DNA from: a virus
DNA: 64,000 nt
Virus record (IMG/VR): IMGVR_UViG_3300030104_006883
Span: 64,001-128,000 of that record
Reading direction: 5' to 3' (one strand)
The notes below the pieces were generated by a model, which worked only from the letters and a program-made list of their open reading frames with translations, was not told the DNA's origin and made no database searches. Below, one piece after another: positions 1-9,700 of the stretch (positions within the stretch are counted from its first letter, which is position 1; the number at the start of each line of letters is the position of its first letter). The translations under genes were made by a program, and so were the position numbers.

Positions 1-1
1 T

Positions 2-190
2 CGGCATAATGGCACGATCTACTCGGTGCCCAAAGTAGATATCAAGGACACCTCCGGAGCAGGAGACACCTTTGTAGCTGCGCTTGTTAGCGAATATATA
101 GATAGCAAAGACATAGGCAAAGCTATAGAATATGCAAATAGGTGCTCAACTGTTGTAGTTCAAAAGAAAGGGGTTGCAACTATATGGTGA
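2..190 (+). CDS. 3' end (5'-truncated) of PfkB-family sugar kinase, probably heptose-7-phosphate kinase (RfaE/HldE domain I, HldA-like)
   Basis: Manual frame-2 translation RHNGTIYSVPKVDIKDTSGAGDTFVAALVSEY...KKGVATIW*. DTSGAGDTF is the PfkB anion-hole signature, and the next gene is an RfaE domain II homologue. Not in the ORF track because the start lies outside the window. Confidence 0.8.
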   Translation, partial: RHNGTIYSVPKVDIKDTSGAGDTFVAALVSEYIDSKDIGKAIEYANRCSTVVVQKKGVATIW

Positions 191-579
191 TTTGGACAAA
201 TGGTTGTTACGATGTTTTACACAGAGGGCACGTTGAATTATTTAAATACGCGGCATCTTTAGGCACAAAATTGATAGTTGGAATAGACACTGACGAAAGA
301 GTCGCCGCCGCCAAAGGCCCTAGCAGGCCTTTTAATAATTTAGAAGACAGAAAGTTTCTTCTACAGTCCATTCGCTATATAGACGAAGTTTATGAGTATT
401 CATCTGACGCAGAATTAGAAAATCTATTGGTTGAAAATAATGTTGACACGATGGTGATTGGATCGGACTGGGAAGGAAAAGGTGTTATTGGTGAGAAACT
501 AGTTAAAAATATTAAATTTTTTGATAGAATAGAGGGGTACTCTACAACGAAGGTTTTAGAAAATGGTATACGTAGTTGA
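184..579 (+). CDS. Heptose-1-phosphate adenylyltransferase (RfaE domain II / HldC-like, cytidylyltransferase family)
   Basis: WTNGCYDVLHRGH (HxGH), LIVGIDTDERV..KGPSRPFN, KGSDW-like IGSDW and GYSTT motifs. Start moved from 142 to ATG 184, which overlaps the upstream stop. Confidence 0.85.
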   Translation: MVIWTNGCYDVLHRGHVELFKYAASLGTKLIVGIDTDERVAAAKGPSRPFNNLEDRKFLLQSIRYIDEVYEYSSDAELENLLVENNVDTMVIGSDWEGKGVIGEKLVKNIKFFDRIEGYSTTKVLENGIRS

Positions 580-886
580 CATAGATGGGACTATTTGTAG
601 CTCTACAGTAAGCGGAGACTACGAAGACTCAGCACCGTACATGCATAGAATAGAAAAAATCAATTCTTTGTATGAAGATGGGCACACCATAATATACTTC
701 ACCGCAAGAGGAATGGGAAGACATAACAATAATCCGGTAAGAGCCGTTCAGGATTTCTATTCTATGACAGAGGTGAGGCTTAGGCAGTGGGGAGCTAAGT
801 ATCATGAGCTAATACTTGGGAAACCAGCAGCCGATGTTTATATAGATGATAAAGGGATAGAAGCAAATGAGTTCTTCAACAAATAA
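563..886 (+). CDS. Small HAD-superfamily phosphatase (capsule-biosynthesis phosphatase-like)
   Basis: HAD motifs DIDGT (I), FTARG (II), GKP (III), YIDDKG (IV); 107 aa, capless. Confidence 0.75.
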   Translation: MVYVVDIDGTICSSTVSGDYEDSAPYMHRIEKINSLYEDGHTIIYFTARGMGRHNNNPVRAVQDFYSMTEVRLRQWGAKYHELILGKPAADVYIDDKGIEANEFFNK

Positions 887-1238
887 AACTCCCCCCATAA
901 AGTTTGTTAAAAAAGGATGGGGATATGAAAAATGGATTGTTAATAAAAAAGAATATTGTGGAAAGCTATTGTTTTTTCTACAAGGCAAAAGATGTTCTTG
1001 GCATTACCATGTTTTGAAAGACGAAGTGTTTTATCTACAGTCTGGTAAGATGATGTTATACTATTCTGAAAATGATGATATAACAAAGGCTAAACAACTA
1101 ATATTAAACCCTGGGGACAATTTTTATGTTTACCCAGGCCTGAGACATCAGATGGTTGCGTTGGAAGATAGCGAACTATATGAATTCTCAACAGAACATT
1201 TTGACAGTGACTCGTACAGAGTTATAAAAGGTGATTAG
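867..1238 (+). CDS. Cupin-fold protein (sugar isomerase/epimerase-like)
   Basis: KGWGYE..., metal-binding SWHYHVLKDEVFY and PGLRHQM motifs; sits in a sugar-nucleotide cluster. Confidence 0.7.
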   Translation: MSSSTNKTPPIKFVKKGWGYEKWIVNKKEYCGKLLFFLQGKRCSWHYHVLKDEVFYLQSGKMMLYYSENDDITKAKQLILNPGDNFYVYPGLRHQMVALEDSELYEFSTEHFDSDSYRVIKGD

Positions 1239-2200
1239 TGAAATTAGTAGTTATAACAGGATGTTTGGGGTTTATTGGCTCTCACGTTACTCGTCTTTGC
1301 CTAAATAAGGGCTGGAGAGTGTACGGAATTGACGATCTTACTTATGCGGCCAACAAAGAACTGCTAGAAGAGTTCTACTCGTTTAATAAAAAGGAAGATA
1401 ACTTTGTTTTTAAGAAAGCAAATATTTGCGATTTAAAATCTATACCCGATTGCGACTATATCATAAATACAGCCGCAGAAACTCACGTTGGTAATAGTAT
1501 AATCGACAGTGAAGATTTTATTAAAAGCAATATTAATGGAGTTAAGAATATTCTTGATATCATAAAAAGCAAGCCAACAAATGTTGGACAAAGGCCAGTG
1601 CTGTTTCACTTTAGCACGGATGAGGTATATGGGGACATTATAAAAGGCGCTCATACTGAGAAAGATCCTCTTAAGCCAAGCAACCCATACTCTGCCTCTA
1701 AAGCATCGTCAGACATGCTGATTGAAGCCTGGGCTAGAACTTATGGAATTAATTACGTTATTTTGCGTCCAACTAATAATTATGGTACCCATCAAAACGC
1801 AGAAAAGCTAATACCACTTTCAGTCAAACTCTTACAGAGAGGAAAAAAGATACGATTGCACGACAGAGGAGAGCCGTATAGAAACTGGCTACATGCGGAA
1901 GATACCGCAAGTGGAGTCATAAGCATTATTGAATCTGGCGTTTTAAACGAGATTTTTAATATCGCTGGAGGATTTGAGCAGAAAAACAAAGAAACCGTTA
2001 AAAAAATAATAGAATGTTATTTCTCCCATAGTGTAGATTGGAATGATTATATTGATTTGGACTACGCTAGACCAGGACAGGATGTTAGATATTCGCTGGA
2101 CGACAGCAAACTAAGGAGCCTGGGTTGGGAGCCGAAAAAGAATTTTGATGAGGAAATAAGTGCTATTGTTTGGCACTATAAAAATAATTTTAAATGGTAA
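1238..2200 (+). CDS. rfbB: dTDP-glucose 4,6-dehydratase (extended SDR)
   Basis: GCLGFIG Rossmann motif, AAETHV, STDEVYGD, YSASK catalytic motif, NNYG..Q..EKLIP, RPGQDVRY. Confidence 0.85.
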   Translation: MKLVVITGCLGFIGSHVTRLCLNKGWRVYGIDDLTYAANKELLEEFYSFNKKEDNFVFKKANICDLKSIPDCDYIINTAAETHVGNSIIDSEDFIKSNINGVKNILDIIKSKPTNVGQRPVLFHFSTDEVYGDIIKGAHTEKDPLKPSNPYSASKASSDMLIEAWARTYGINYVILRPTNNYGTHQNAEKLIPLSVKLLQRGKKIRLHDRGEPYRNWLHAEDTASGVISIIESGVLNEIFNIAGGFEQKNKETVKKIIECYFSHSVDWNDYIDLDYARPGQDVRYSLDDSKLRSLGWEPKKNFDEEISAIVWHYKNNFKW

Positions 2201-2212
2201 AGGAGAACCAAA

Positions 2213-2431
2213 ATGGCTATTGAAGAAAAGACAAAGCTTTCGGATGAGGCCCTCGGGGCAGTGATGATGTGCTTACAGAAGTGCATTATGGAGCAGAGCG
2301 ATATTGTACCTATGTTAAAGAATTTAGACTTTACAACTGTGAATGACGAATTGTTTGTACTAAATCCACCAATTGTAAAGTTTGATGTGGAGGAAGTACC
2401 AGAGGGCGAAAGCTTAGTAGACGATGCCTAG
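2213..2431 (+). CDS. Hypothetical protein (72 aa, acidic)
   Basis: ORF with AGGAG Shine-Dalgarno upstream; overlaps next gene. Confidence 0.6.
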   Translation: MAIEEKTKLSDEALGAVMMCLQKCIMEQSDIVPMLKNLDFTTVNDELFVLNPPIVKFDVEEVPEGESLVDDA

Positions 2432-2693
2432 ATACGTTTACAAGTGCAGTGAGTGTGAAGCATCGTTTATGGTGCGCCACTCTATAAGCGATACGGTAGA
2501 GGATTGCACAGTTTGTAAGGCTAGCGGCTGTGTGACAAGGACCATATCAAATTTTACAGTAAAAAAGAGCGATGATACTCAAAACAATTCTGAGGTTGGT
2601 AGCTTAGTAAAGCGCAGCATAGAAGAATTTCGCTCTGATTTAAAAAGAGACAAGCAAAAGCTTAGAGAGGAAGAGTATGAACCAGGGAACTAA
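2424..2693 (+). CDS. FmdB-family zinc-ribbon protein
   Basis: MPRYVYKCSECE...CTVC pattern typical of FmdB-type putative regulators. Confidence 0.75.
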   Translation: MPRYVYKCSECEASFMVRHSISDTVEDCTVCKASGCVTRTISNFTVKKSDDTQNNSEVGSLVKRSIEEFRSDLKRDKQKLREEEYEPGN

Positions 2694-3060
2694 AGCAGCA
2701 GTCGCAGTATCGGTACTATTGAATGCCATATTGGTGGCTTTGGTAGTAGGGTTCTTGCCATTTTTGCTTTTTCTCTCTGCTTGCTTGAATCTGCTTGCAT
2801 TCTTTTATGTCAGAGATCTACTGAGAGAGCTAGCAGTATCTGAAGAAAATATAATAGAAATATCAAGTTCCTTAAGTATGTTTGCAAATCATATTGAAAA
2901 GATATATGAGATGGAAACTTTTTACGGAGACACTGTGTTACAAGAACTTTTAGAGCATTCTCAATATGTTGTCGAAGATATTGATAAATATATTTCTATT
3001 CAAACAGAGTCTGAACAAGAAATAGAGGAAATAAATTTTGACAGCCAAGAGACGTCGTAG
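2677..3060 (+). CDS. Hypothetical membrane protein (N-terminal hydrophobic segments, acidic coiled region)
   Basis: Residues about 7-45 hydrophobic; no family recognised. Confidence 0.55.
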   Translation: MNQGTKAAVAVSVLLNAILVALVVGFLPFLLFLSACLNLLAFFYVRDLLRELAVSEENIIEISSSLSMFANHIEKIYEMETFYGDTVLQELLEHSQYVVEDIDKYISIQTESEQEIEEINFDSQETS

Positions 3061-3736
3061 ACCAAGAACTACTAATAAGTACTTTACAAAGATACACCAG
3101 GAAGCAATAGTTGCATACGCTATTACGGATGACCTGGAGGAAAGAACCAAGCTATACGTAGAACTAATAGAGCCTGCTTTTAGCGAACTGGTCGACAAGA
3201 TAGTATTCACTTATAAATTTAATAACTTGCCAAATATTGAGTATCTAAAAGAAGATTGTAAGATTTGGCTAACCACTATTTTGGACAAATTCGATCCTGA
3301 GAAGGGGTCGAAAGCGTTTTCTTATTTTAGTGTCATTACAAAAAATTGGTTCATCTATAAAGTTAAAAAGAATTCTAAAAACTTAAAAAGAGAAGTAAAT
3401 TTTGATGATTTATCTAGCGAACTAGAGACGGGCTACCTTTCTGTTCAAAATGAATATTTGAACGAAAGAGAAAAGTATGAATTCTGGCAACATCTTTGGG
3501 TAGAGATCGATACTTGGGAAACTTCCAAATTAAAAGAAAACGAGAAAAAGGTTTTAGAGGCAATAAGATTCCTGTTTGATAAAGCAGATGATATAGAAAT
3601 TTTTAACAAAAAAGCGATTTATTTGTACATAAGGGAAATTACGGGTCTGAATACTAAACAAGTTGTTAATAATCTTAATAAATTAAGAATAAAGTATAGG
3701 GCTTTCAAAAAGGACTGGGTTGTAGGAAAAAAATAA
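3038..3736 (+). CDS. Phage late sigma factor (T4 gp55-like)
   Basis: KYFT N-terminus and LDKFDPEKGSKAFSYFSVITKNWF resemble the gp55 region-2 pattern (FDP..S.NAFAYFT.I...F); TTG start with GAGG upstream. Confidence 0.7.
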   Translation: MTAKRRRRPRTTNKYFTKIHQEAIVAYAITDDLEERTKLYVELIEPAFSELVDKIVFTYKFNNLPNIEYLKEDCKIWLTTILDKFDPEKGSKAFSYFSVITKNWFIYKVKKNSKNLKREVNFDDLSSELETGYLSVQNEYLNEREKYEFWQHLWVEIDTWETSKLKENEKKVLEAIRFLFDKADDIEIFNKKAIYLYIREITGLNTKQVVNNLNKLRIKYRAFKKDWVVGKK

Positions 3737-3743
3737 TTTTTTC

Positions 3744-3751
3744 CTATTTAT
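3744..3751 (+). promoter_or_regulatory. Putative late-promoter motif CTATTTAT
   Basis: Intergenic copy of recurring CTAHTTAH motif, 6 nt before ATG 3758. Confidence 0.5.
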
Positions 3752-3757
3752 TTTACT

Positions 3758-4057
3758 ATGGAAAAAATAGAAGAATATCTAGCTGAATCGGTTACAAACA
3801 TAAGAAGCGATAGGGCATTAGCCCTAACCTTGCTAACCGACATACTAGAAAAGATACAGCTAGCAGAGATGCACAAGGACCTGGGACCTGTTGCTGCGAA
3901 GTATCTAGAGACATTGCAGCGCTCTAACGAACAGTTGGTAAAAGTATCGGCGCTACTCCAGAAGAAGATATCCAGCGGTAAAGACTTATCGTCTTTTGAC
4001 AAAGACGAAATATTCAAATTAATACAGGCCGAGCCGGATGGAAACTTAGACGGATGA
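3758..4057 (+). CDS. Helical protein, candidate small terminase (gp16-like)
   Basis: VAAKYLETLQRSNEQLVKV aligns by eye with the T4 gp16 central helix VFATLMGQMTTTNREILKL; 99 aa. Confidence 0.4.
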   Translation: MEKIEEYLAESVTNIRSDRALALTLLTDILEKIQLAEMHKDLGPVAAKYLETLQRSNEQLVKVSALLQKKISSGKDLSSFDKDEIFKLIQAEPDGNLDG

Positions 4058-4698
4058 CAAGCAAATTAAAACAAAGATTAACAGCGCCCATAAACAATTT
4101 ACAGAGAAGAAGAGTTGATAAAAGAAAGCTCGACCCTCTCTCTGCAACTGTTTCCGGTAGGTTGGAACAACTCTCTCAAATAGGAAAAGAAAGAGTTAGC
4201 GAGCAAGCATCTATACCTTTTAGAGAGAGAGGCGTTTTTAAAGCTTTTGTGCTGGCGGTTTTAAGCCCAGAGAAGAATAAAGTCCATCAGAGCAAGATGG
4301 AAAACGAGGTTTTTATGGACCAAGGGGCACCGGCCATAATTTTTAGAATTCCTGAAATGCACGCTTGCCTACCAGCCCCGAGCGACTTAACTACTTTAGA
4401 TGATAAGGATTCTTTTTTAATTGAAGTTCACCCTGTCGCGCTACCCATGAACGATAGTGTTGTTGCACCAAAGGTTGGTGCTATGGTCGATATTATTTAT
4501 GAAGACCCCGTTAACATGATAGGCCCTAGATATGTTGGAGCAGTAAAGGGACAAAGTGCAGAAAAGACTAATATGAACGCCTCAAAAGAAGATAAGGCAA
4601 CAAAAGCGTTTAACTCTAGGTTTTCGGGTGTATCGGTGTCGGATTTTGACGGCGGGATAAATATAGGCGCAAAGATAGCAGATCCGGAGGAAGTGTAA
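4054..4698 (+). CDS. Putative baseplate spike N-terminal OB-fold-like protein (gp5-N/VgrG-like)
   Basis: FRIPEMH...VALP...PKVGAMVDIIYEDP....PRYVG resembles the gp5 OB pattern P.VG..V.V.F.D....P.V.G; lies upstream of gp25. Confidence 0.4.
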   Translation: MTSKLKQRLTAPINNLQRRRVDKRKLDPLSATVSGRLEQLSQIGKERVSEQASIPFRERGVFKAFVLAVLSPEKNKVHQSKMENEVFMDQGAPAIIFRIPEMHACLPAPSDLTTLDDKDSFLIEVHPVALPMNDSVVAPKVGAMVDIIYEDPVNMIGPRYVGAVKGQSAEKTNMNASKEDKATKAFNSRFSGVSVSDFDGGINIGAKIADPEEV

Positions 4699-4702
4699 TA
4701 TT

Positions 4703-5746
4703 ATGGCTGGTAGTGAGGAAAATAAGTCAACATCAAGCAACACTGTTTCGCGAGCAGTGGACTATACGGGTTATGTCACAACAGACCCCAGGGCTCAAAA
4801 AAGAACCTTAAGAAAAATGCGCAAAGACTATCCTGGTCTCGGCGGGTCTTTCATGCCTGAACCGGAACCAAAATATATTAAAACTGAATCCGAACACGTC
4901 ATTAAGGGCAAAAACAACTCTTACATAGTTATGGGGAAAGATCGACCCGGTAGTATTTTTTCTGGCTACGGAGGGGCAGGCAATACGAAATCAAACATGA
5001 TTGATATGGTTGTTGGCAGGATGGGCTATCTCGCTAAAAGTAAATTTAAAGACGGTAAAAATGCTTATGCTGACAATAATTTTATTTATGACGCTGCTAG
5101 AGTTTATATATGTCAAAAAACAAACATAGATACTAATTTCGGACTACAATCATCACCGGGTGCACCAACTCCTATGGACGAAGGTGTCGAGATGCCAAGA
5201 GCGGCTATTGGAATGAAGGCGGACGTTATCAGGATAGTGGGAAGAGAAAACATCCGAATTGTTTCTGGATTCGGCGATGGGACTGAATCTACCATGGAAA
5301 AAGGTAGAAGAAACTCTCTTGGAGGTCGCGTTATGGACGCTGGAGGTATTGACTTGATTGCCAATAACAATACCAACCTAAGAGGCGTTGATATGTCGGC
5401 AGATGTACAACCTCTAGTCAAAGGAAACAATTTGAGGGAATGCATTGACGACCTTTACGAGCAGATAAAAAGCTTGAGTGGGCATTTATCTGAGTTTGTG
5501 GTCAGCCAAACAAAGTTTAACAAGCAAACTATAGAGCACACACATAGGTCGCCGTTTTTTAATGGACCCACCAGGCCATCCGAAAGGCTAGAAAACGTAG
5601 GAAAAGGAATAAATGCGGTTTTGGCCTCATATTTCCAGAGAAAACTAAAAGCACATCAAGTGGTGATGATTAATAATAACAAAACTTATACTGATGCTCT
5701 AATGGGGCAAAAGTATATATGTAGCTATAAGAATCATACCAACTAG
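4703..5746 (+). CDS. Putative baseplate hub/spike protein (gp5 C-terminal-like, beta-rich)
   Basis: Short beta-strand repeats (HVIKGKNNSYIVMG, ARVYICQKT, IGMKADVIRIVGRENIRIVS); context between the OB-like gene and gp25. Confidence 0.35.
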   Translation: MAGSEENKSTSSNTVSRAVDYTGYVTTDPRAQKRTLRKMRKDYPGLGGSFMPEPEPKYIKTESEHVIKGKNNSYIVMGKDRPGSIFSGYGGAGNTKSNMIDMVVGRMGYLAKSKFKDGKNAYADNNFIYDAARVYICQKTNIDTNFGLQSSPGAPTPMDEGVEMPRAAIGMKADVIRIVGRENIRIVSGFGDGTESTMEKGRRNSLGGRVMDAGGIDLIANNNTNLRGVDMSADVQPLVKGNNLRECIDDLYEQIKSLSGHLSEFVVSQTKFNKQTIEHTHRSPFFNGPTRPSERLENVGKGINAVLASYFQRKLKAHQVVMINNNKTYTDALMGQKYICSYKNHTN

Positions 5747-5755
5747 GGCATTATA

Positions 5756-6703
5756 ATGAGTACGATAGTAATAGAAGAAGAAGTAGATGCAAGAGATTAC
5801 GACACGGAGATGTCGGCACTCGATACAGTGCAGGGCGAAGAATTTGTGGATCTGTCTATAGCTGGTGAGCCTTTGAACATTTATGAAATCTTAATACTCA
5901 TTTGTCAAAGGGGGCAAAATAAAGTGGATGACAGAGGTACGGCGACTCATTTCCATAAAAAAGGCCCAAGCGGCAGAGGCAAACCAGCAAAGGCCAAATA
6001 TCCTACAGGTCTTAAAGACAACCCTATTAGGTTGAAGGTACACGCTGCTACCGCTGAAATGACAAGACAATTTTTAAGCGTCGCAACCGATAGACGCGTC
6101 ATTTATGTACCACAGCATGGAGGACTGAGGCCTCATAAAACGTTGGCCAAGGGAGAGGTAGACACGCACGGATCGGGCATAGCTTGGGACCACGGAGACT
6201 ATAGAAAAATTTCTCCACCTGCGGCACCTACTTTCTTTTACTCCGATAACAACTCTGCTCTTACGACAAGGCAACTTGTTGCAGCAGTCGCGGTCTTATG
6301 CGACCAAGGTGTTTTGCCGGAAGGCAGGTTAGGATTTTATGGCACCAAGCATGTCATCAATAACATGCATTATGATTTTCTTTTTTGGAAAAAACAAAAT
6401 AGTAGTCTTTTTAAAAAGATTGATAATAGAACGATGACGGGCGGATCTGTATCTGGTTGGTATTGGCACAATAAAAAGAAGGTTTTAAGCTTTCCAAAAG
6501 CCAACTCTATGCAAGACAATCTACAATGGGTAAAGAAAAATAGACCAAAAAATAAAAGTATAGATGAAATTTTAGATCTTTATTCAACATATTCTAATGT
6601 ATTACAAGGTAACAAAATAATTACATTAGAAGAATACCTTAGCTACCTGGAAGAGCGAGAAGCAAATGCAAATTCATGGGTGAAAATGAAGAAAATAACC
6701 TAA
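5756..6703 (+). CDS. Putative Zn metallopeptidase (peptidase M15/LAS-like) domain protein
   Basis: GGLRP (SGYR-like), THGSGIAWD (HxxxxxxD) and downstream MHYD as candidate third Zn ligand. Confidence 0.45.
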   Translation: MSTIVIEEEVDARDYDTEMSALDTVQGEEFVDLSIAGEPLNIYEILILICQRGQNKVDDRGTATHFHKKGPSGRGKPAKAKYPTGLKDNPIRLKVHAATAEMTRQFLSVATDRRVIYVPQHGGLRPHKTLAKGEVDTHGSGIAWDHGDYRKISPPAAPTFFYSDNNSALTTRQLVAAVAVLCDQGVLPEGRLGFYGTKHVINNMHYDFLFWKKQNSSLFKKIDNRTMTGGSVSGWYWHNKKKVLSFPKANSMQDNLQWVKKNRPKNKSIDEILDLYSTYSNVLQGNKIITLEEYLSYLEEREANANSWVKMKKIT

Positions 6704-6718
6704 AGGATTATATATTTT

Positions 6719-9700
6719 ATGGCGAAGAAAATAAAAGGTTTGACCATTCCAGTATCGCTCTATTGGACGACTGAAAAGAGTTTTGTTGACAGCGACAACA
6801 AGAGAAGGCTTTCCGAAGAGCTACAGAGCATTATAAGAAAAAAAGCTGCTGATATATTAGATTCGGAATACAGCCTATCCCCAGGAGCTTATTTTGATTT
6901 ATCCAATGGTACCGCGTTCTTGCTCCCCTCAGCTAAAAGCAAAAAGAGCTTTTCTTACCAGCCCGCCACCTCTGAAATGCAAGTTAAGGTTTTCTTACCT
7001 TCAAGCAAGGTTAAGAGTTTAGGAATTACTAAGAAATCTGACTTACCTACGACTTATTTGTTTGATTCTACCGATTATCTTATTTTAGTTTTTGATGAGT
7101 CGTTTAGCGATAGCTCTCCAATAATGAAAAAGTTTGAAGAGTTTAAGGCCATTTTGAAATCGATGGTAGATACGGCGGACAAGTTTGGTGTAGACCTTTA
7201 TAAAGAAAAGTATATCCTAGAAAATTTTGACGCTTGGACTTCAGGAGTTAGGGACGACATACAAGAATTTTATAAACAAAAAAAACAAAGTGCCCAACAG
7301 ACAGGGTTTGCCAGTCTATACGACATGGGTCCGGTTATTCCTATCCTGGGAATAACTTTCCCAAACACAAAAAATATTAACGACTACAGGTCCGAATTGG
7401 CCGAGTCGGTTCCTACGCTCGGCCAATTTATGGACACACTACCCGGCCTGGCACCGGGACAGACAGCCCGAAGCCTTAGTGAGGAAGAATCTAAAGAGTT
7501 TGAGATTACTCGAAACAGAGAGGTAAATTTAAATAATGATGATTATGTAGCAAAGATTGGTTTTAAAAAAAATCACTTCGGCTTTACTTTCATAAAGAGC
7601 ATTCCAGAAGATGCGGTTAGATTTGGAGAGGCTGAATTCGAAGCTCAATTTGCTTTGAGCGCAAATCCTTTAAGTGAGGAGGAGTTGAAAGAACTCGAAA
7701 TCCCGCCCGCGCAGGCTGGAGATGCTGAAACACTTGCCAATAATCAATTATTAAACCCTACTCCAAAAAGAACTCAAAATACTATTGGCGGCGAATATTA
7801 TCCAACGTTTGTAAATTACATTAGAAACATGAACGAGATAATAAAAGAGTATCCTGCACAAAGTGATGATGTTTATGGAGTGGATAGGCAGGTAGACTTG
7901 ATGCCGTTCTTGGAGATGTATCACTATCCACAAGACATACCGCTAAAAGACTTAGAAAAGATAGGCAGGTCTTTCGATGAAGCAGAAGAGAATTATAAGA
8001 CCGCTGCACAAGTAGACACAGAAAACAAAGAGCTACACGTTCTCAACGCGAAAATAGCAGACAAACTTCATAATCAAGTGGTCAACGCACCGTTTACACG
8101 ACAAGACGCGGCAGACACACTAAAAGAAAATGGCGGCTTGCATGGCGCTTATGGTTCTCTGATGCAAGATGGGTTTAATTTTGATTCATTAAATTATGAG
8201 TATGATGTGCCCTGGCTAAGTTATCCTGGCAACTCTAAAATTAGACCATCCCACATTATTAGCGATTCGATAGTTTCTCAAATAAGTTCTGGAAAAATGT
8301 TGTCTAGAATTAAGACAATCAAAGACATAGAAAATCTGATTGTTAAGCGATTAACAATTAGAGATCTTTTGATCATGGCACTAACTTGTGCCGATAGGTA
8401 CGGTACCCCGAACATCAATGTTCTGGAAAGAATTGATAAGTTCTTGATGGCCCTTGGTAACACAAGAGTAATGCCTGCTTTTAGAAAGACCACTCCAATT
8501 GGAGATTTCTGGGTGGATTTCACGGATCAGATCGAAGGGGTCATTAAAGAAACTGTAGAAAAAGCGATAGTCGAGTTCTTTAAGCAAACCTTGGTGATGA
8601 TAGCTTCTTGTAACGTCGAGGGGGTTGGGAAGCAATTTAAAAAAGGCACAGCCGATCTTGGAAACTTTTTAACAAACAAAGACGGCGCTCTTCTAAAGTT
8701 TGCTGATGATGTTTTAACCAAGTCTCTACAGAAAACACCTAATTCTCAAAATTTACTTAGAACTAAGAATGAGTTGGAAAGAATAGCTAAAATTGTTACC
8801 ACAAATACAACTCCGCTAGAATTAAGAGAATGTCTCCAAGGAAACGCAAGCGACGCTGTGATCGCTGCGATAGCGGAAGGGCTTGGTAGGGAACTTGGCT
8901 TTAACGCCGAGAAGTCTGCTGTTGAATCATCTTTAAAGCAAATGGGCAGAGAGGATTGTGATTTAGCACTATTAGATGAAAGAATTGAGGAATATGCACT
9001 AGAGACAGCAGATACTAGCACGGAGCTTTGTGCGGACTTCAAAAGGCAACTTAAAGAAAAATATTCAAACTATGATGATAATTTACTAGAAGAAATTATT
9101 GGCAGCTTGCCGGATAAGGACCCAGAAACTGCACTTGCGTTCGATCCGGAATTCGCTTTGCAACCTTGCGAGCTTTTAAAAATCCCTGACCCTGCTGGTG
9201 ATTTTATGAACCAGAGCGCATACGAAAGTGCGTTTACCAGCGTGAAGACTAAATTTACTTTTGAATTAAATGCTTTTCCAATTTTCCTACTTGATTCGGG
9301 CGCTGTAAGAAAGCTAAATATTAAAACTGATTTGGTCGAAATTGATGATGGCACGTTTATGCCAACCATGACTTCTAACAAGGGGGCGCTTGAAGATAAC
9401 AGCTTGGGGTTATTGAAGGAATACAAAAAACTTCTTGATGACGACACCCGCGCTTTAGTACAGGTTGTCTCTAGCGATTCTAGGCAGGATGTAAAATACA
9501 ACGCAGCTAATCCTAAAGCTACAACTCTTCTGATGGAAAATCCTAATATTCCTCCTGTTCTTCTAAAAATTCTTGAAGACCTAGCTGCTGAAGAACCTGA
9601 TGCAGTGGCAAACTTGTCTTTGAAAAAGAAGGTCAATTCTCAAGATTTGAAAAATTCTAATATTGTTGATGGCTTAGAGTATGATAAAGAGATTATACTT

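Noticed and set aside
1-2200. Sugar cluster as host chromosome at a prophage boundary
   Set aside because: No integrase or att-like repeat, same strand and continuous tight packing into phage genes; cannot be fully excluded without flanking sequence
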